From an uncultured SAR86 cluster bacterium (GTDB lineage Bacteria; Pseudomonadota; Gammaproteobacteria; Magnimaribacterales; AG-339-G14): 64,000 nucleotides of DNA. The position numbers and the translations under genes were made by a program. The DNA is taken from positions 625,335 through 689,334 of the forward strand of contig CACJNS010000001.1 in the NCBI GenBank assembly GCA_902594855.1, written 5' to 3'. This document shows positions 41,558 to 51,763 of the stretch, piece after piece (within the stretch, counting starts at the first letter, position 1; the number at the start of each line of letters is the position of its first letter). The notes below the pieces were generated by a model. The model saw nothing but the letters and a program-made list of their open reading frames with translations. It did no database searches and was not told where the DNA came from.

Positions 41558-42468
41558 GACATTAAGGTATTGAAACGAACCTTAATTAACTTTTCATTAT
41601 TTTCTGATTTAATCAACCTATCTAATTTAGCAATTTCAATTTTAATTTTATTAATTGAATCTTCTGATATTGTTTTAGCCTTATTTTTTAAATCAGATAC
41701 ATAATCAAAAGGCCCTGGCACTTTCATTGTTGGATTGGCTTGTAATGCTTCGATAAAAGACAATTCTCTATTTAAGCTCCAAAGCATTAAAGTTAATGGT
41801 ACTTTCTCAATCAGGAGTTGATTAAGAAGTTTATTAAAAAGCTGTGCATTTGAATTGATGAAACTCCTTGAAAAAGAAAATATATCTTTGCTTGAACTAT
41901 CGATCAATGAATCTTTGATGGTGATCATATTTAAATCTTCATTTTTTGATATGAGTTTGAGACATTTTAGCTCTTGATCGGCAGCCAAGAGATTTCCATT
42001 TGTCAGTTCAGTTAAATAATCAGTCATTTGAACATCTAAATTCAAACCTCTTCTTTTAGCTCTAGACTTAAGCCATGCAGGAAATTGATTTGGATAAATC
42101 TTTTCTATGTATGACGATTTCGTGATGGAGGAAATTTTTTTAAACCATGCACTGCCTTTAACTTTGGTTACGTTTTCAATTGATAAGATAATTATTTTGG
42201 AACTTTCTGCTTTACCTGAGAAGTCCTCTAAATAATTGAGACAATCTTTCATAGGAGCAAATCCATTAATTCTTATATCTAAAAGCTCTTTATCCTCAAA
42301 TAAAGATAAACTGTCATTGCTATCAAATGTATCCCAGTTAAACTTTTTATCCGCAAAAAAAATTTTTCTATTTAGATACCCTTCTTTTTTTAATTTATTT
42401 ATCTCGATTAATCTATTTTCTTGAAGCAGAAAGGGTTCATCACTAATAAAGCAATATATCTTAGCCAT
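41548..42468 (-). CDS. holA: DNA polymerase III delta subunit
   Basis: Size and weak family resemblance, plus the conserved leuS-lptE-holA order. Confidence 0.75.
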   Translation of the reverse strand: MAKIYCFISDEPFLLQENRLIEINKLKKEGYLNRKIFFADKKFNWDTFDSNDSLSLFEDKELLDIRINGFAPMKDCLNYLEDFSGKAESSKIIILSIENVTKVKGSAWFKKISSITKSSYIEKIYPNQFPAWLKSRAKRRGLNLDVQMTDYLTELTNGNLLAADQELKCLKLISKNEDLNMITIKDSLIDSSSKDIFSFSRSFINSNAQLFNKLLNQLLIEKVPLTLMLWSLNRELSFIEALQANPTMKVPGPFDYVSDLKNKAKTISEDSINKIKIEIAKLDRLIKSENNEKLIKVRFNTLMSYV

Positions 42469-42937
42469 CAGAGATTTTTATCAGATTAAACTTAATATCA
42501 TCTAGAGCTTTATCAAGAAAAGAATTTTTTATTTCTTCTGTAATCTTGTCATTCGAAAGAATATTCGAAGTATTATAAGGATAAAGTTCCGAGTCATAGA
42601 AACTTTGTGAAATGATTTTGTCATCTAAGATAAATTCATAATCTAAAGAATACTCAATGCTTCCCACGGCAGGTGTAAGATTTTTATCGGTAGCAGAAAG
42701 AAATTTCCCAATTCTTTGTGAAATAATTCTAATTTTCAAATCAACTTGATCTGTTTTAGATAAGTTCAATCCTACATATCCCTGATTAGATTTAATATTT
42801 TTAACAAGTAATTTATTAAGAGGAGTGCTTTCGTAAATCAATACAGCATCAAGCTTTGATGGATTATTAGAAACTAAACTATACCCACAGGAATAAATAA
42901 ACAGACATAAAAGGGATAAACAGACATAACGCATCAC
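42461..42937 (-). CDS. lptE: LPS-assembly lipoprotein LptE
   Basis: Lipobox (IYSCG). 158 aa. Conserved position between leuS and holA. Confidence 0.75.
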   Translation of the reverse strand: MMRYVCLSLLCLFIYSCGYSLVSNNPSKLDAVLIYESTPLNKLLVKNIKSNQGYVGLNLSKTDQVDLKIRIISQRIGKFLSATDKNLTPAVGSIEYSLDYEFILDDKIISQSFYDSELYPYNTSNILSNDKITEEIKNSFLDKALDDIKFNLIKISDG

Positions 42938-45318
42938 ACAACAAAGTTTATCAATTTACCTTTAACAAATATTATTTTTTTTATTTCTTTCCCATCTAAA
43001 TACTTTGCAACATTTTCAATTTTCATCGACATAGATTTGACGTCATGTTCACCTGCTTCAATATCAATGATTAACTTACCTCTTGATTTCCCATTAACTT
43101 GAACAATGAAATCAACTTCATTAGATTCTAGGAAATTTTCATTTGGAACTGGCCAACTTTCATTGTAAAGAAAATGACCTCCAGCATCCTTCCATAGTTG
43201 TTCTGTAACATGGGGAATGATTGGATTGAGAAGACTTATAGCAACCCTTAAAGTTTCATTAACTAATGTTTTTTGATCTTCAGAAGAATTATCATCAAGG
43301 AATTTATCAGGTATTGCATTTATCATTTCCATGACTGAAGAAATCGCGGTATTGAAAGAAAATCTTCTTGAGAAATCATCATTAACTTTTTTGATGGTCT
43401 GATTCACTTTGATGTAAAGTTTTTCCATTTCAGAATCTTCAGAGTTATGTTCATAGTGCCCAACAGTTGAAAAATGTTTTTGGGACATTGTCCAAAGTTT
43501 ATTGATAAATTTAAATGAGCCTTTAATGCCACTATCGGACCACTCCAAAGACTGTTCAGGAGGGGCTGCGAACATCATAAACAATCTTAAAGAGTCAGCA
43601 CCGTATTCTTCAATTAAATCATCTGGATTCACTACATTACCTTTTGACTTAGACATTTTTGCACCATCCATAAGAACCATTCCCTGACAGAGAAGATTCG
43701 TAAACGGCTCCCTTGTATCCAAATATCCTAATTCGTTAAGAACTTTGCAGAAAAATCTTGAGTAGAGAAGATGAAGTATTGCATGTTCAATTCCTCCGAT
43801 GTACTGATCGACTGGTAACCAATAATTTGCTTCATCATCCAAGATATCTTTATCTGATTTAAAAGATGCATACCTTGCGTAATACCAAGAGGATTCAAAA
43901 AAAGTATCAAGCGTATCTTTTTCTTTAACGTATTTTTTTCCATTTCTCTCTATTGACTCTGCCTTTAGCTCATCATCGGATAGATCTGAAAAAGGAATGG
44001 CATCATTGTCATCTTCATTCTCAGAAATCATCATCGGAATAGGAGCGCCCCAAGATCTCTGTCTGGAAACACCCCAATTTCTGAGCCTGAAATTTTCTTC
44101 AAATCTTCCAAAATTATTTTGCTCTGCAAATTTTTGTATTTCTATGAATGCATCTTCAAAACTTAAACCATCGAATTGACCCGAATTAATCAATTTCCCT
44201 TTCTCTGTAGATGCTTGATCAGAATCTTCGTTCTCGGAAGAAATTACTCTAACGATAGGCAGTGAATATTTTGTGGCAAATTCAAAATCTCTTTGATCAT
44301 GACCAGGTACACCCATCAATGCGCCTGATCCATAATCTGAAAGAACGAAGTTTGCTACCCAAATAGGTATCTTTTCTTTTGTGACTGGGTGATAGGCAAA
44401 TTCGTTAAGAAAAAAACCTTTTTTTTCTTGTAGTGCTTGATCTTTTTCTGCGCTTTTAACTTTACTCATTTCTTCTATCCAGAGTTGTAAATCTTTATTC
44501 TCGGATAGTTTTCTCTTCGTGATTTCATGTTCTGATGAAAGTGCAATAAAGCTGACACCCATAATGGTGTCAGGTCTTGTAGTAAAAACTTCAATTGGCT
44601 TATCTATCACTGAGTTTTCAAATTGGAATACCATTCCCTTTGATTTACCGATCCAATTCTCTTGCATTAGCTTTACCTGTTCAGGCCAGCCAGAGAGATT
44701 CCTTAATTCTGAAAGAAGTTCATCAGCATAGTCAGTTATCTTTAGAGACCACTGATTAAGGAATTTTTTTTCTACCGGAGCTCCAGATCTCCAGCCTCTA
44801 CCGTCGATGACTTGTTCGTTTGCTAAAACTGTTTTATCAACTGGATCCCAATTTACTTCAGCTTTTTCTCTAATAACCAGACCCTTTTCAAACATTTTAC
44901 AAAACAGATCTTGCTCCCATTTATAGTAGCTCTCATCACAAGTAGAAAATTCTCTACGCCAGTCATAGGCAAATCCTAATTGTTTAAGCTGACTTCTCAT
45001 TGTTTCTATATTCTGATAGGTCCAGTCTTTTGGAGAAACTTTGTTTTCTATTGCTGCGTTTTCTGCCGGTAACCCAAAAGCATCCCAACCCATTGGTTGC
45101 ATGACGCATTTTCCTAATCTGATATTGAATCTAGAGATTAAATCACCAATCGTATAATTCCTAACATGACCCATATGAATTTTTCCAGACGGGTAGGGCA
45201 GCATGCTTAAGCAGTAAAATTTATCTTTATCAGTATCGGGATCTACCTCGAAAGCATTATTTGAATCCCAGTAATCTTGAATAGATTGATCAATGACTTT
45301 TGGATCATACTCTTTCAT
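42934..45318 (-). CDS. leuS: leucyl-tRNA synthetase
   Basis: HMGHVRNY (HIGH), KMSKSKGN (KMSKS) and editing-domain TTRPDT motifs. Confidence 0.97.
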   Translation of the reverse strand: MKEYDPKVIDQSIQDYWDSNNAFEVDPDTDKDKFYCLSMLPYPSGKIHMGHVRNYTIGDLISRFNIRLGKCVMQPMGWDAFGLPAENAAIENKVSPKDWTYQNIETMRSQLKQLGFAYDWRREFSTCDESYYKWEQDLFCKMFEKGLVIREKAEVNWDPVDKTVLANEQVIDGRGWRSGAPVEKKFLNQWSLKITDYADELLSELRNLSGWPEQVKLMQENWIGKSKGMVFQFENSVIDKPIEVFTTRPDTIMGVSFIALSSEHEITKRKLSENKDLQLWIEEMSKVKSAEKDQALQEKKGFFLNEFAYHPVTKEKIPIWVANFVLSDYGSGALMGVPGHDQRDFEFATKYSLPIVRVISSENEDSDQASTEKGKLINSGQFDGLSFEDAFIEIQKFAEQNNFGRFEENFRLRNWGVSRQRSWGAPIPMMISENEDDNDAIPFSDLSDDELKAESIERNGKKYVKEKDTLDTFFESSWYYARYASFKSDKDILDDEANYWLPVDQYIGGIEHAILHLLYSRFFCKVLNELGYLDTREPFTNLLCQGMVLMDGAKMSKSKGNVVNPDDLIEEYGADSLRLFMMFAAPPEQSLEWSDSGIKGSFKFINKLWTMSQKHFSTVGHYEHNSEDSEMEKLYIKVNQTIKKVNDDFSRRFSFNTAISSVMEMINAIPDKFLDDNSSEDQKTLVNETLRVAISLLNPIIPHVTEQLWKDAGGHFLYNESWPVPNENFLESNEVDFIVQVNGKSRGKLIIDIEAGEHDVKSMSMKIENVAKYLDGKEIKKIIFVKGKLINFVV

Positions 45319-45326
45319 GAAAATAT

Positions 45327-46664
45327 TTACTTTATGTTAAGAATATCTCTTAAGTAATTTATTGAGATTTTTTCTTCAACAAAGTTTGGCTCAACAAGAA
45401 TTCTTTGATGAAGAGGAGAATTTGTATTTATTCCCTCTATATATGTTTCTTCGAGAGCTACTCGCATCTTTCTTATTGCAGAAATTCTATCACTTGAATG
45501 CGCACATATTTTCGCTATTAGAGCATCATAATATTGGGGAACTGTATAACCAGAATAGAGATGAGAATCGGTCCTAATCCTAAATCCGCCTGGAGGATGG
45601 AATTCAGTTACCTTACCAGGAGATGGAATGAAAGTTTCATGATGTTCAGCATTTATCCTGCATTCGATTGCATGACCGCGGCAGTTAATATCATCTTGAG
45701 ACAAAGGAATTTCCTGACCTGCAGCAATCATAATTTGAAGTTTTACAAGATCAATCCCAGTTATCATTTCTGTGATCGTGTGTTCTACCTGCAATCTTGT
45801 ATTCATTTCAATGAAGTAAAAATTTCCATCCTCGTAAAGAAATTCAAAAGTACCTAAACCTTTATAATTTAGCTTCTTGCAGGTGTTCACTGCTATCTTT
45901 CTTATTTCATCTAATTTTTCTTGAGGAATATCAAAAGCAGGGGCTTCTTCAATGATTTTTTGATTTCTTCTTTGGATTGAGCAGTCTCTTTCAAAAAAAT
46001 GAACAGCATTGCCATGATCATCAGCGGCAACTTGTATTTCTACATGTCTTGGAGTTTGGAGATATTTCTCTATATAAACTTCGTCACTTCCAAAGCTATT
46101 TAAGGCTTCAATTTGAGTGAGACTTAGTTTTGACAAAAATTCTTCTTTTTTCTCACAGATTTGTATTCCTTTACCTCCGCCTCCTGCAGCAGCTTTTATT
46201 ATTACTGGATAGCCAATTTCATCAGCCATCTTCAATGCTTCTTCCTCCGAGTTAATTCTTCCTGTGCCCGGCACGGGCTGCATTCCAGCTAATAGAACTG
46301 CTTCTTTTGCAGTGATTTTGTTTCCCATCACTTTTATGGTTTCTGAATCTGGCCCTATGAATTTGTATCCGCTAGATGTTACTTGTTGAGCAAAATGATC
46401 GTTTTCAGAGAGAAAACCTACACCCGGATGAATAGCATCAATCCCTGTCAGTTCTGATGCGCTTATAATAGCAGCGACGTTGAGATAACTTTTTGCTGAT
46501 TCTGCAGGTCCAATACAAATGGATTCATCCGCCATCTTTACATGTTTTAAATCTTTATCTGCTGACGAATAAACAGCAACAGTCTTTATATCAAGTTCTT
46601 CGCATGCTCTTAAGATTCTTAAGGCGATTTCTCCTCTATTAGCTATAAGGATTTTTTTAAACAT
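45327..46664 (-). CDS. accC: acetyl-CoA carboxylase biotin carboxylase subunit
   Basis: MFKKILIANRGEIALRILRAC, GGGGKGI and EMNTRLQVEH motifs. Confidence 0.97.
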   Translation of the reverse strand: MFKKILIANRGEIALRILRACEELDIKTVAVYSSADKDLKHVKMADESICIGPAESAKSYLNVAAIISASELTGIDAIHPGVGFLSENDHFAQQVTSSGYKFIGPDSETIKVMGNKITAKEAVLLAGMQPVPGTGRINSEEEALKMADEIGYPVIIKAAAGGGGKGIQICEKKEEFLSKLSLTQIEALNSFGSDEVYIEKYLQTPRHVEIQVAADDHGNAVHFFERDCSIQRRNQKIIEEAPAFDIPQEKLDEIRKIAVNTCKKLNYKGLGTFEFLYEDGNFYFIEMNTRLQVEHTITEMITGIDLVKLQIMIAAGQEIPLSQDDINCRGHAIECRINAEHHETFIPSPGKVTEFHPPGGFRIRTDSHLYSGYTVPQYYDALIAKICAHSSDRISAIRKMRVALEETYIEGINTNSPLHQRILVEPNFVEEKISINYLRDILNIK

Positions 46665-46670
46665 TGGACT

Positions 46671-47156
46671 CTAAGAAATAACAAATAAGGTTTGATCGAA
46701 CTCAACAGGCTCAGCATTGTCAACTAAGATTTGTTTTACTGTTCCGGAAAACTCTGACTTTACCTCGTTCATCATTTTCATGGCTTCAATTATACAAAGT
46801 ACATCACCTTCATTAATTTGATCGCCAACTTTTACAAAGGGTTCTGACTCTGGATTTGGAGCAGAATAAAAAGTTCCTACCATAGGAGAATTCATTTTAT
46901 TTCCACTTTCAAGAACATCTGATGTTTGGCTTATTTCTTGAGTAACTGTTGCTTCAGACAAAGGTGCCGATGGCTTAGTAATCGGAGACTGTTGAGTAGG
47001 TTCTGAAATGATAGCAGGAGTAGAAGAAATAAAATTACTTGGAACAGGGTTACTCTTTACAAGTTTTACAGCTTCTTCACCTTCTTTAATTTCTATTTCA
47101 TTGAGATTAGATTCTTCTAACATTTCAATTAATTTTTTTACTTTACGAATATCCAT
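46671..47156 (-). CDS. accB: biotin carboxyl carrier protein
   Basis: Biotinylation motif EAMKMMNEV. Pro/Ser-rich linker. Confidence 0.95.
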   Translation of the reverse strand: MDIRKVKKLIEMLEESNLNEIEIKEGEEAVKLVKSNPVPSNFISSTPAIISEPTQQSPITKPSAPLSEATVTQEISQTSDVLESGNKMNSPMVGTFYSAPNPESEPFVKVGDQINEGDVLCIIEAMKMMNEVKSEFSGTVKQILVDNAEPVEFDQTLFVIS

Positions 47157-47602
47157 TAATCCTCCCTTAGTAGATAATTTTTTGCTGCTTGAAAAGCCAT
47201 TAAATAACTTTGCTTTCCAAATCCTGAAACCACTCCTAAAGCAATGTCTGAAAAATATGACTTTTCTCTGAATTCTTCTCTGCCATAAATGTTAGACAAA
47301 TGTATTTCAATCAAAGGAACATTTACACCAAGTATCGCATCCCTCAAAGATATGCTTGAGTGGGTGAAGGCGCCTGGATTGAATAGAATAATTTTTACTC
47401 CATTAGATTTAGCATCATGAATCTTGTCAACTAACTCATGCTCAGCATTACTTTGAAAGCATTCGGTATCAATATTGTTCTCTTTGCCTAGCTTTTCTAT
47501 TGTTTTTTCAATATCTTCAAGAGAAAAATCTCCATAAATATCTGGCTCTCTTTCACCTAAAAGATTCAAATTTGGCCCATTTAAAAGCAAGATCGAAGAC
47601 AT
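47156..47602 (-). CDS. aroQ: type II 3-dehydroquinate dehydratase
   Basis: LLLNGPNLNLLGEREPDIYG signature. 148 aa. Confidence 0.95.
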   Translation of the reverse strand: MSSILLLNGPNLNLLGEREPDIYGDFSLEDIEKTIEKLGKENNIDTECFQSNAEHELVDKIHDAKSNGVKIILFNPGAFTHSSISLRDAILGVNVPLIEIHLSNIYGREEFREKSYFSDIALGVVSGFGKQSYLMAFQAAKNYLLRED

Positions 47603-47612
47603 TGAGCGAATT

Positions 47613-48053
47613 TTAAAGTATTTTTTTAGAAATTAAACGATTTTCTTTGAATAATAGATTTATTTCGTTATTTTTTTCTGGATAGCAATATTTTCCTTGA
47701 TAGCATCCCAAATAGTTTAATTTGAATGACAAGATGCCATCCTTCAGATTTGGGACATTAAAGAAAATATTATTAATGAAGACTTCAGACTCTCCAAAAA
47801 ACTCATCTTTTATAACTAATGATTCTGTTTCTACCTTTAAATTTTTATTTTCCGGAGAGATTGTGAAGTTTAGCTTATCGGAATAAACGTAAACATTTTG
47901 ATGTAATTTCAAATCTATCAAAACATGATCATCAAAAGAATTTATAGTGATAGTATATGCCTCCTCAGGAGATACGAACTGATCACTCGTTTCAACAAAC
48001 AAGAAACTATTGCTTGAAAAGACAGCTGAAACAAAAAGTAAAAATAAATTCAT
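47613..48053 (-). CDS. stand-alone DsbD N-terminal (alpha) domain protein with signal peptide
   Basis: ATG at 48053 gives [17 protein letters not shown] (signal peptide). GCYQGKYCYPE matches the nDsbD active-site C-x5-C-Y-P. It sits exactly where full-length dsbD lies upstream of aroQ-accB-accC in Pseudomonas. The ORF-track N-terminal extension to 48203 is rejected. Confidence 0.7.
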   Translation of the reverse strand: MNLFLLFVSAVFSSNSFLFVETSDQFVSPEEAYTITINSFDDHVLIDLKLHQNVYVYSDKLNFTISPENKNLKVETESLVIKDEFFGESEVFINNIFFNVPNLKDGILSFKLNYLGCYQGKYCYPEKNNEINLLFKENRLISKKIL

Positions 48054-49647
48054 GAATAATTTTGGTGAACCAATTTTGAAAGTTAACAACCTTAATGTTG
48101 AATTTGCAAATGAATCTTCAACTTTTAAGGCTGTTAATAATTTAAATTTTAACCTCTCTGAAAAAGAGACTTTAGCCGTTGTAGGAGAAAGCGGATCAGG
48201 CAAATCAGTTACAGCTTTATCTATTATGCAACTACTTCCTTATCCAATTGCATTTCACAGCAAAGATAGCTCCATAAACTTTCAAGGTATAGAACTTATA
48301 AATCTTCCCAAAAAAGAACTTGAGAATATCAGAGGTAAAAGAATATCAATGATATTCCAAGAGCCAATGACTTCATTGAATCCCTTTATAAAGGTCGGTA
48401 AGCAAATTATGGAGTCTATTCAAGTCCATAATAAGAGTTCCAACAAAGAGGCAAAAGAAAAAGCCATAGATCTATTAAGGAAAGTTGAAATACCAAACCC
48501 AGAACAAAAATTTTCTTCATTTCCTCATCAGCTCTCTGGAGGACAAAGACAAAGAGTGATGATCGCAATGGCATTATCAAACAATCCTGAGATATTGATT
48601 GCAGACGAACCAACAACAGCCTTGGATGTGACTGTCGAAAAAGAACTATTAATTCTTTTAAATAAATTAAAAGAAGAGGAAAACCTCAGCATAATTTTTA
48701 TCACGCATGATTTAAATGTTGTCAAAAGATTCGCAGATAAGGTTCTGGTGATGAATCAGGGTAATGTGATCGAAAGAGGAACTACTGCAGAAATTTTTTC
48801 TAATCCAAAGGATTCTTATACAAAAAGGTTAATGGAGTCCATTCCTGAACCCAAAGAGATTAATAATGTTTCAGATTCTAAAATTCTGGAATGCGAAAAA
48901 TTAAATGTAAGCTACCAAGTAAGAGAAGCTTCCCTTTTCCAAAAAGAAGAAAGATTTGATGCAGTCAAAGAAGTCTCATTCTCTTTATCCGATAATTCAA
49001 CTCTAGGAATTGTTGGAGAATCAGGATCAGGAAAATCTACCATTCTCAAAGCAATTCTGGGCATAGAAGAGTATTCAGGAAAAATTCTCTTTGAAAATGA
49101 AATATTAAAAAAAGATAAGCTAAGTGATTTGAGGAAGAAGTGTCAGGTTGTCTTTCAAGATCCCTTTAGTTCTCTATCTCCTAGGATGAGGGTGGAAGAG
49201 ATCATCAAAGAAGGTTTGGATATTCATTTTAAGCAATTGAGCAAACAAGAAAAAAAACAACGCATCATAGAATCAATAAATGACGTTCATTTAGATCCAT
49301 CATGCCTTGAAAAGTTTCCGCATGAATTTTCTGGAGGCCAAAGACAGAGAATTGCAATAGCAAGAGCATTGATTACAAATCCCAAATTGATCTTGCTCGA
49401 TGAGCCAACTTCAGCATTAGATGTTTCAATTCAAAAGGAAATACTTCTGCTCTTGAAGGATTTACAAAATTCCAAAAATATAAGCTACGTTTTGATAAGT
49501 CATGATTTAAGAGTAATCAGGTCAATGTCAGATAGAGTTTTAGTCATGAAAAAGGGCTCAATAGTTGAATCTGGTCCAACTGATCAGATATTTGATACAC
49601 CTCAAGATGAATATACAATCAATCTTATAAATGCTGCTTATAATTAA
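48052..49647 (+). CDS. double-domain ABC transporter ATP-binding protein (YejF / fused DppD-DppF type)
   Basis: ATG at 48052 ([18 protein letters not shown]). Two Walker A motifs (GESGSGKS twice), two LSGGQRQR signatures, and oligopeptide-type C-terminal tails. No permease or binding-protein gene is adjacent. Confidence 0.9.
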   Translation: MNNFGEPILKVNNLNVEFANESSTFKAVNNLNFNLSEKETLAVVGESGSGKSVTALSIMQLLPYPIAFHSKDSSINFQGIELINLPKKELENIRGKRISMIFQEPMTSLNPFIKVGKQIMESIQVHNKSSNKEAKEKAIDLLRKVEIPNPEQKFSSFPHQLSGGQRQRVMIAMALSNNPEILIADEPTTALDVTVEKELLILLNKLKEEENLSIIFITHDLNVVKRFADKVLVMNQGNVIERGTTAEIFSNPKDSYTKRLMESIPEPKEINNVSDSKILECEKLNVSYQVREASLFQKEERFDAVKEVSFSLSDNSTLGIVGESGSGKSTILKAILGIEEYSGKILFENEILKKDKLSDLRKKCQVVFQDPFSSLSPRMRVEEIIKEGLDIHFKQLSKQEKKQRIIESINDVHLDPSCLEKFPHEFSGGQRQRIAIARALITNPKLILLDEPTSALDVSIQKEILLLLKDLQNSKNISYVLISHDLRVIRSMSDRVLVMKKGSIVESGPTDQIFDTPQDEYTINLINAAYN

Positions 49648-49652
49648 AACCA

Positions 49653-51323
49653 ATGTCTAAAAAAAGAAAATATTCATCCTCTCTGGTTGATGGAATTGAT
49701 CAAGCTGGTGCTCGATCAATGCTTAGGCCAACAGGTTTTTCAGATGAGGATTTTAAAAAACCACAAGTAGGTATTGCTTCAACTTGGTCAAATGTGACTC
49801 CTTGTAACATGCACATCAATGAATTAGCACAAACCATATGTAGCTCTGTTGATGATGCAGGTCTCAAATCAGTTCTTTTCAATACCATCACAATCTCTGA
49901 CGGTATTTCAATGGGTACTCTTGGAATGAGATATTCTTTGGTCTCTAGAGAAGTCATTGCAGATTCAATTGAAACTGTTGTTGGGTGCCAGTCATTTGAT
50001 TCTGTTGTAGCAATAGGCGGATGCGATAAAAATATGCCAGGTTGTATGATGGGATTGATACGGTTAGATAGACCAAGTCTGTTTGTTTACGGTGGTTCTA
50101 TCAAGCCTGGGAAGAATCATACTGATTTTGCCACTGTTCTTGAAAAGGTTGGCGCATATTCTCAAAATCAAATAAGTGAAGACGAACTAATAGCAATTGA
50201 GAAAAATGCACTCCCTGGGCCTGGTTCATGCGGAGGAATGTACACTGCAAACACTATGGCATCGGCAATTGAAGCATTAGGAATGAGTCTGCCTGGCAGT
50301 AGCTCACAAGATGCAATCTCTCAGGAGAAGAAAAATGATTGCCTGGCTGTAGGTAAGGCTATCGATTACTTATTAGAAAAGGATATTAAACCTAGCGATA
50401 TTCTAACCAAGAGCGCTTTTGAAAATTCTATTAAAGTAGTTATTGCACTAGGTGGCTCTACTAACGCAGTCCTTCACCTCCTAGCAATGGCAAAATCAGC
50501 AAATGTTGATTTAAATTTAGACGACTTTACTAGGATAGGGAAAAATACACCTGTTTTATCTGACATCAGGCCTTCTGGTTACTATTTAATGAGTGATCTG
50601 AATGAACAGGGCGGTATTCAACCCTTAATGAAAATGATGCTTAATGATGGATTACTGGATGGAAGTTGTATGACCGTTTCAGGAAAAACTTTAGAAGAGA
50701 ATCTTAAAGACATAGAACCCTATAAAGACGATCAAAAAATTATTGCTCAAATTAGTAAACCTATAAAAAAAGAAAGTCACATTAGAATTTTGAAAGGTAA
50801 TCTAGCTCCTCAAGGGGCGGTAGCTAAAATAACTGGGAAAGAGGGACTATCGTTTTCTGGTCCTGCAATAATTTTTGAATCTGAAGAAGAAGCTGTTGAA
50901 GCAATTTTCAAGAATACCATTCAAGAAGGTTCGGTAATTGTTATCAGATACGAAGGTCCTGTAGGAGGCCCAGGTATGCGTGAAATGCTAAAACCGACTG
51001 CGGCAATCATGGGAGCTGGGCTAGGAGATAAAGTTGCTCTAATTACTGATGGAAGGTTCTCAGGCGGATCTCATGGTTTTGTGGTTGGTCATATTACCCC
51101 TGAAGCAGCGAATGGAGGTCCAATTGGACTTTTACAGAATGGAGATTTAATCACCATAGACGCAAAAAAAGATCAAATAAACATTGATATCTCAGAAGAA
51201 CAGTTAGTAGATAGAAAGAAAAACTGGCGATCTTTAAAAGAACCTCCCAGCAGAGGAGTGTTAGCTAAATACGCTAGATCAGTATCTTCAGCTTCCGAGG
51301 GGGCTGTAACAGATGATTTTTAA
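49653..51323 (+). CDS. ilvD: dihydroxy-acid dehydratase
   Basis: [20 protein letters not shown] motifs. 556 aa. Confidence 0.97.
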   Translation: MSKKRKYSSSLVDGIDQAGARSMLRPTGFSDEDFKKPQVGIASTWSNVTPCNMHINELAQTICSSVDDAGLKSVLFNTITISDGISMGTLGMRYSLVSREVIADSIETVVGCQSFDSVVAIGGCDKNMPGCMMGLIRLDRPSLFVYGGSIKPGKNHTDFATVLEKVGAYSQNQISEDELIAIEKNALPGPGSCGGMYTANTMASAIEALGMSLPGSSSQDAISQEKKNDCLAVGKAIDYLLEKDIKPSDILTKSAFENSIKVVIALGGSTNAVLHLLAMAKSANVDLNLDDFTRIGKNTPVLSDIRPSGYYLMSDLNEQGGIQPLMKMMLNDGLLDGSCMTVSGKTLEENLKDIEPYKDDQKIIAQISKPIKKESHIRILKGNLAPQGAVAKITGKEGLSFSGPAIIFESEEEAVEAIFKNTIQEGSVIVIRYEGPVGGPGMREMLKPTAAIMGAGLGDKVALITDGRFSGGSHGFVVGHITPEAANGGPIGLLQNGDLITIDAKKDQINIDISEEQLVDRKKNWRSLKEPPSRGVLAKYARSVSSASEGAVTDDF

Positions 51324-51358
51324 TTTGCATTTTTAAAATTTAACCTAATATAAAAATT

Positions 51359-51679
51359 ATGAGTAACACAATAGAGTTAAATAAGGAAAACTTCACAGAA
51401 ACGGTTGGGTCAAATAAACCTGTTTTAGTCGATTATTGGGCAGAATGGTGTGGTCCATGCAAAATGGTAGCCCCAATACTTGAGGAAGTTGCTTCAGATA
51501 TGTCAGATAAGCTTACGGTTGGAAAAGTTGATGTGGATGAAAATCAAGAATTAGCAGCCCAATTAAACATAATGAGCATTCCAACGTTAGTTTTATTCAA
51601 AGATGGAGAGGTAGTTGATCAGGCAATAGGTGCTTTATCAAAGTCTCAGCTTCTATCTTTTTTGGAACAACACCTATAA
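51359..51679 (+). CDS. trxA: thioredoxin
   Basis: WAEWCGPCK active site. 106 aa. Upstream of rho, as in E. coli. Confidence 0.95.
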   Translation: MSNTIELNKENFTETVGSNKPVLVDYWAEWCGPCKMVAPILEEVASDMSDKLTVGKVDVDENQELAAQLNIMSIPTLVLFKDGEVVDQAIGALSKSQLLSFLEQHL

Positions 51680-51763
51680 ATTTAACCTAGACTAGGGCAA
51701 ACTAAGGTGTTACATTTATTCACCTTGTCTTAGACAATCTTTAATTAAATCCCAAAATTTGTT

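Noticed and set aside
48054-48203. N-terminal extensions offered by the ORF track: the nDsbD ORF back to 48203, the ABC ATPase from TTG 48010, ilvH from 60469, and hemB from 12658.
   Set aside because: Each extension overlaps a neighbouring gene and adds non-homologous residues. Internal ATG codons (48053, 48052, 60580, 12670) give canonical N-termini: a signal peptide, the ATPase start, the ACT domain, and MNRKFPDTRLRRLR.
48052-49647. The orphan double ABC ATPase, considered as an ABC-F translation or resistance factor or as part of a novel transporter.
   Set aside because: It has DppD/DppF-type C-terminal tails and lacks an ABC-F inter-domain linker, so it looks like an ordinary YejF-type importer ATPase whose membrane partners are encoded elsewhere.
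51704-51726. A hairpin AAGGTG/CACCTT in the trxA-rho spacer, considered as a terminator or rho autoregulatory attenuator.
   Set aside because: It has only a 6-bp stem with an 11-nt loop and no following U-run. Rho-dependent attenuation in the rho leader does not need a hairpin and cannot be judged from the sequence.
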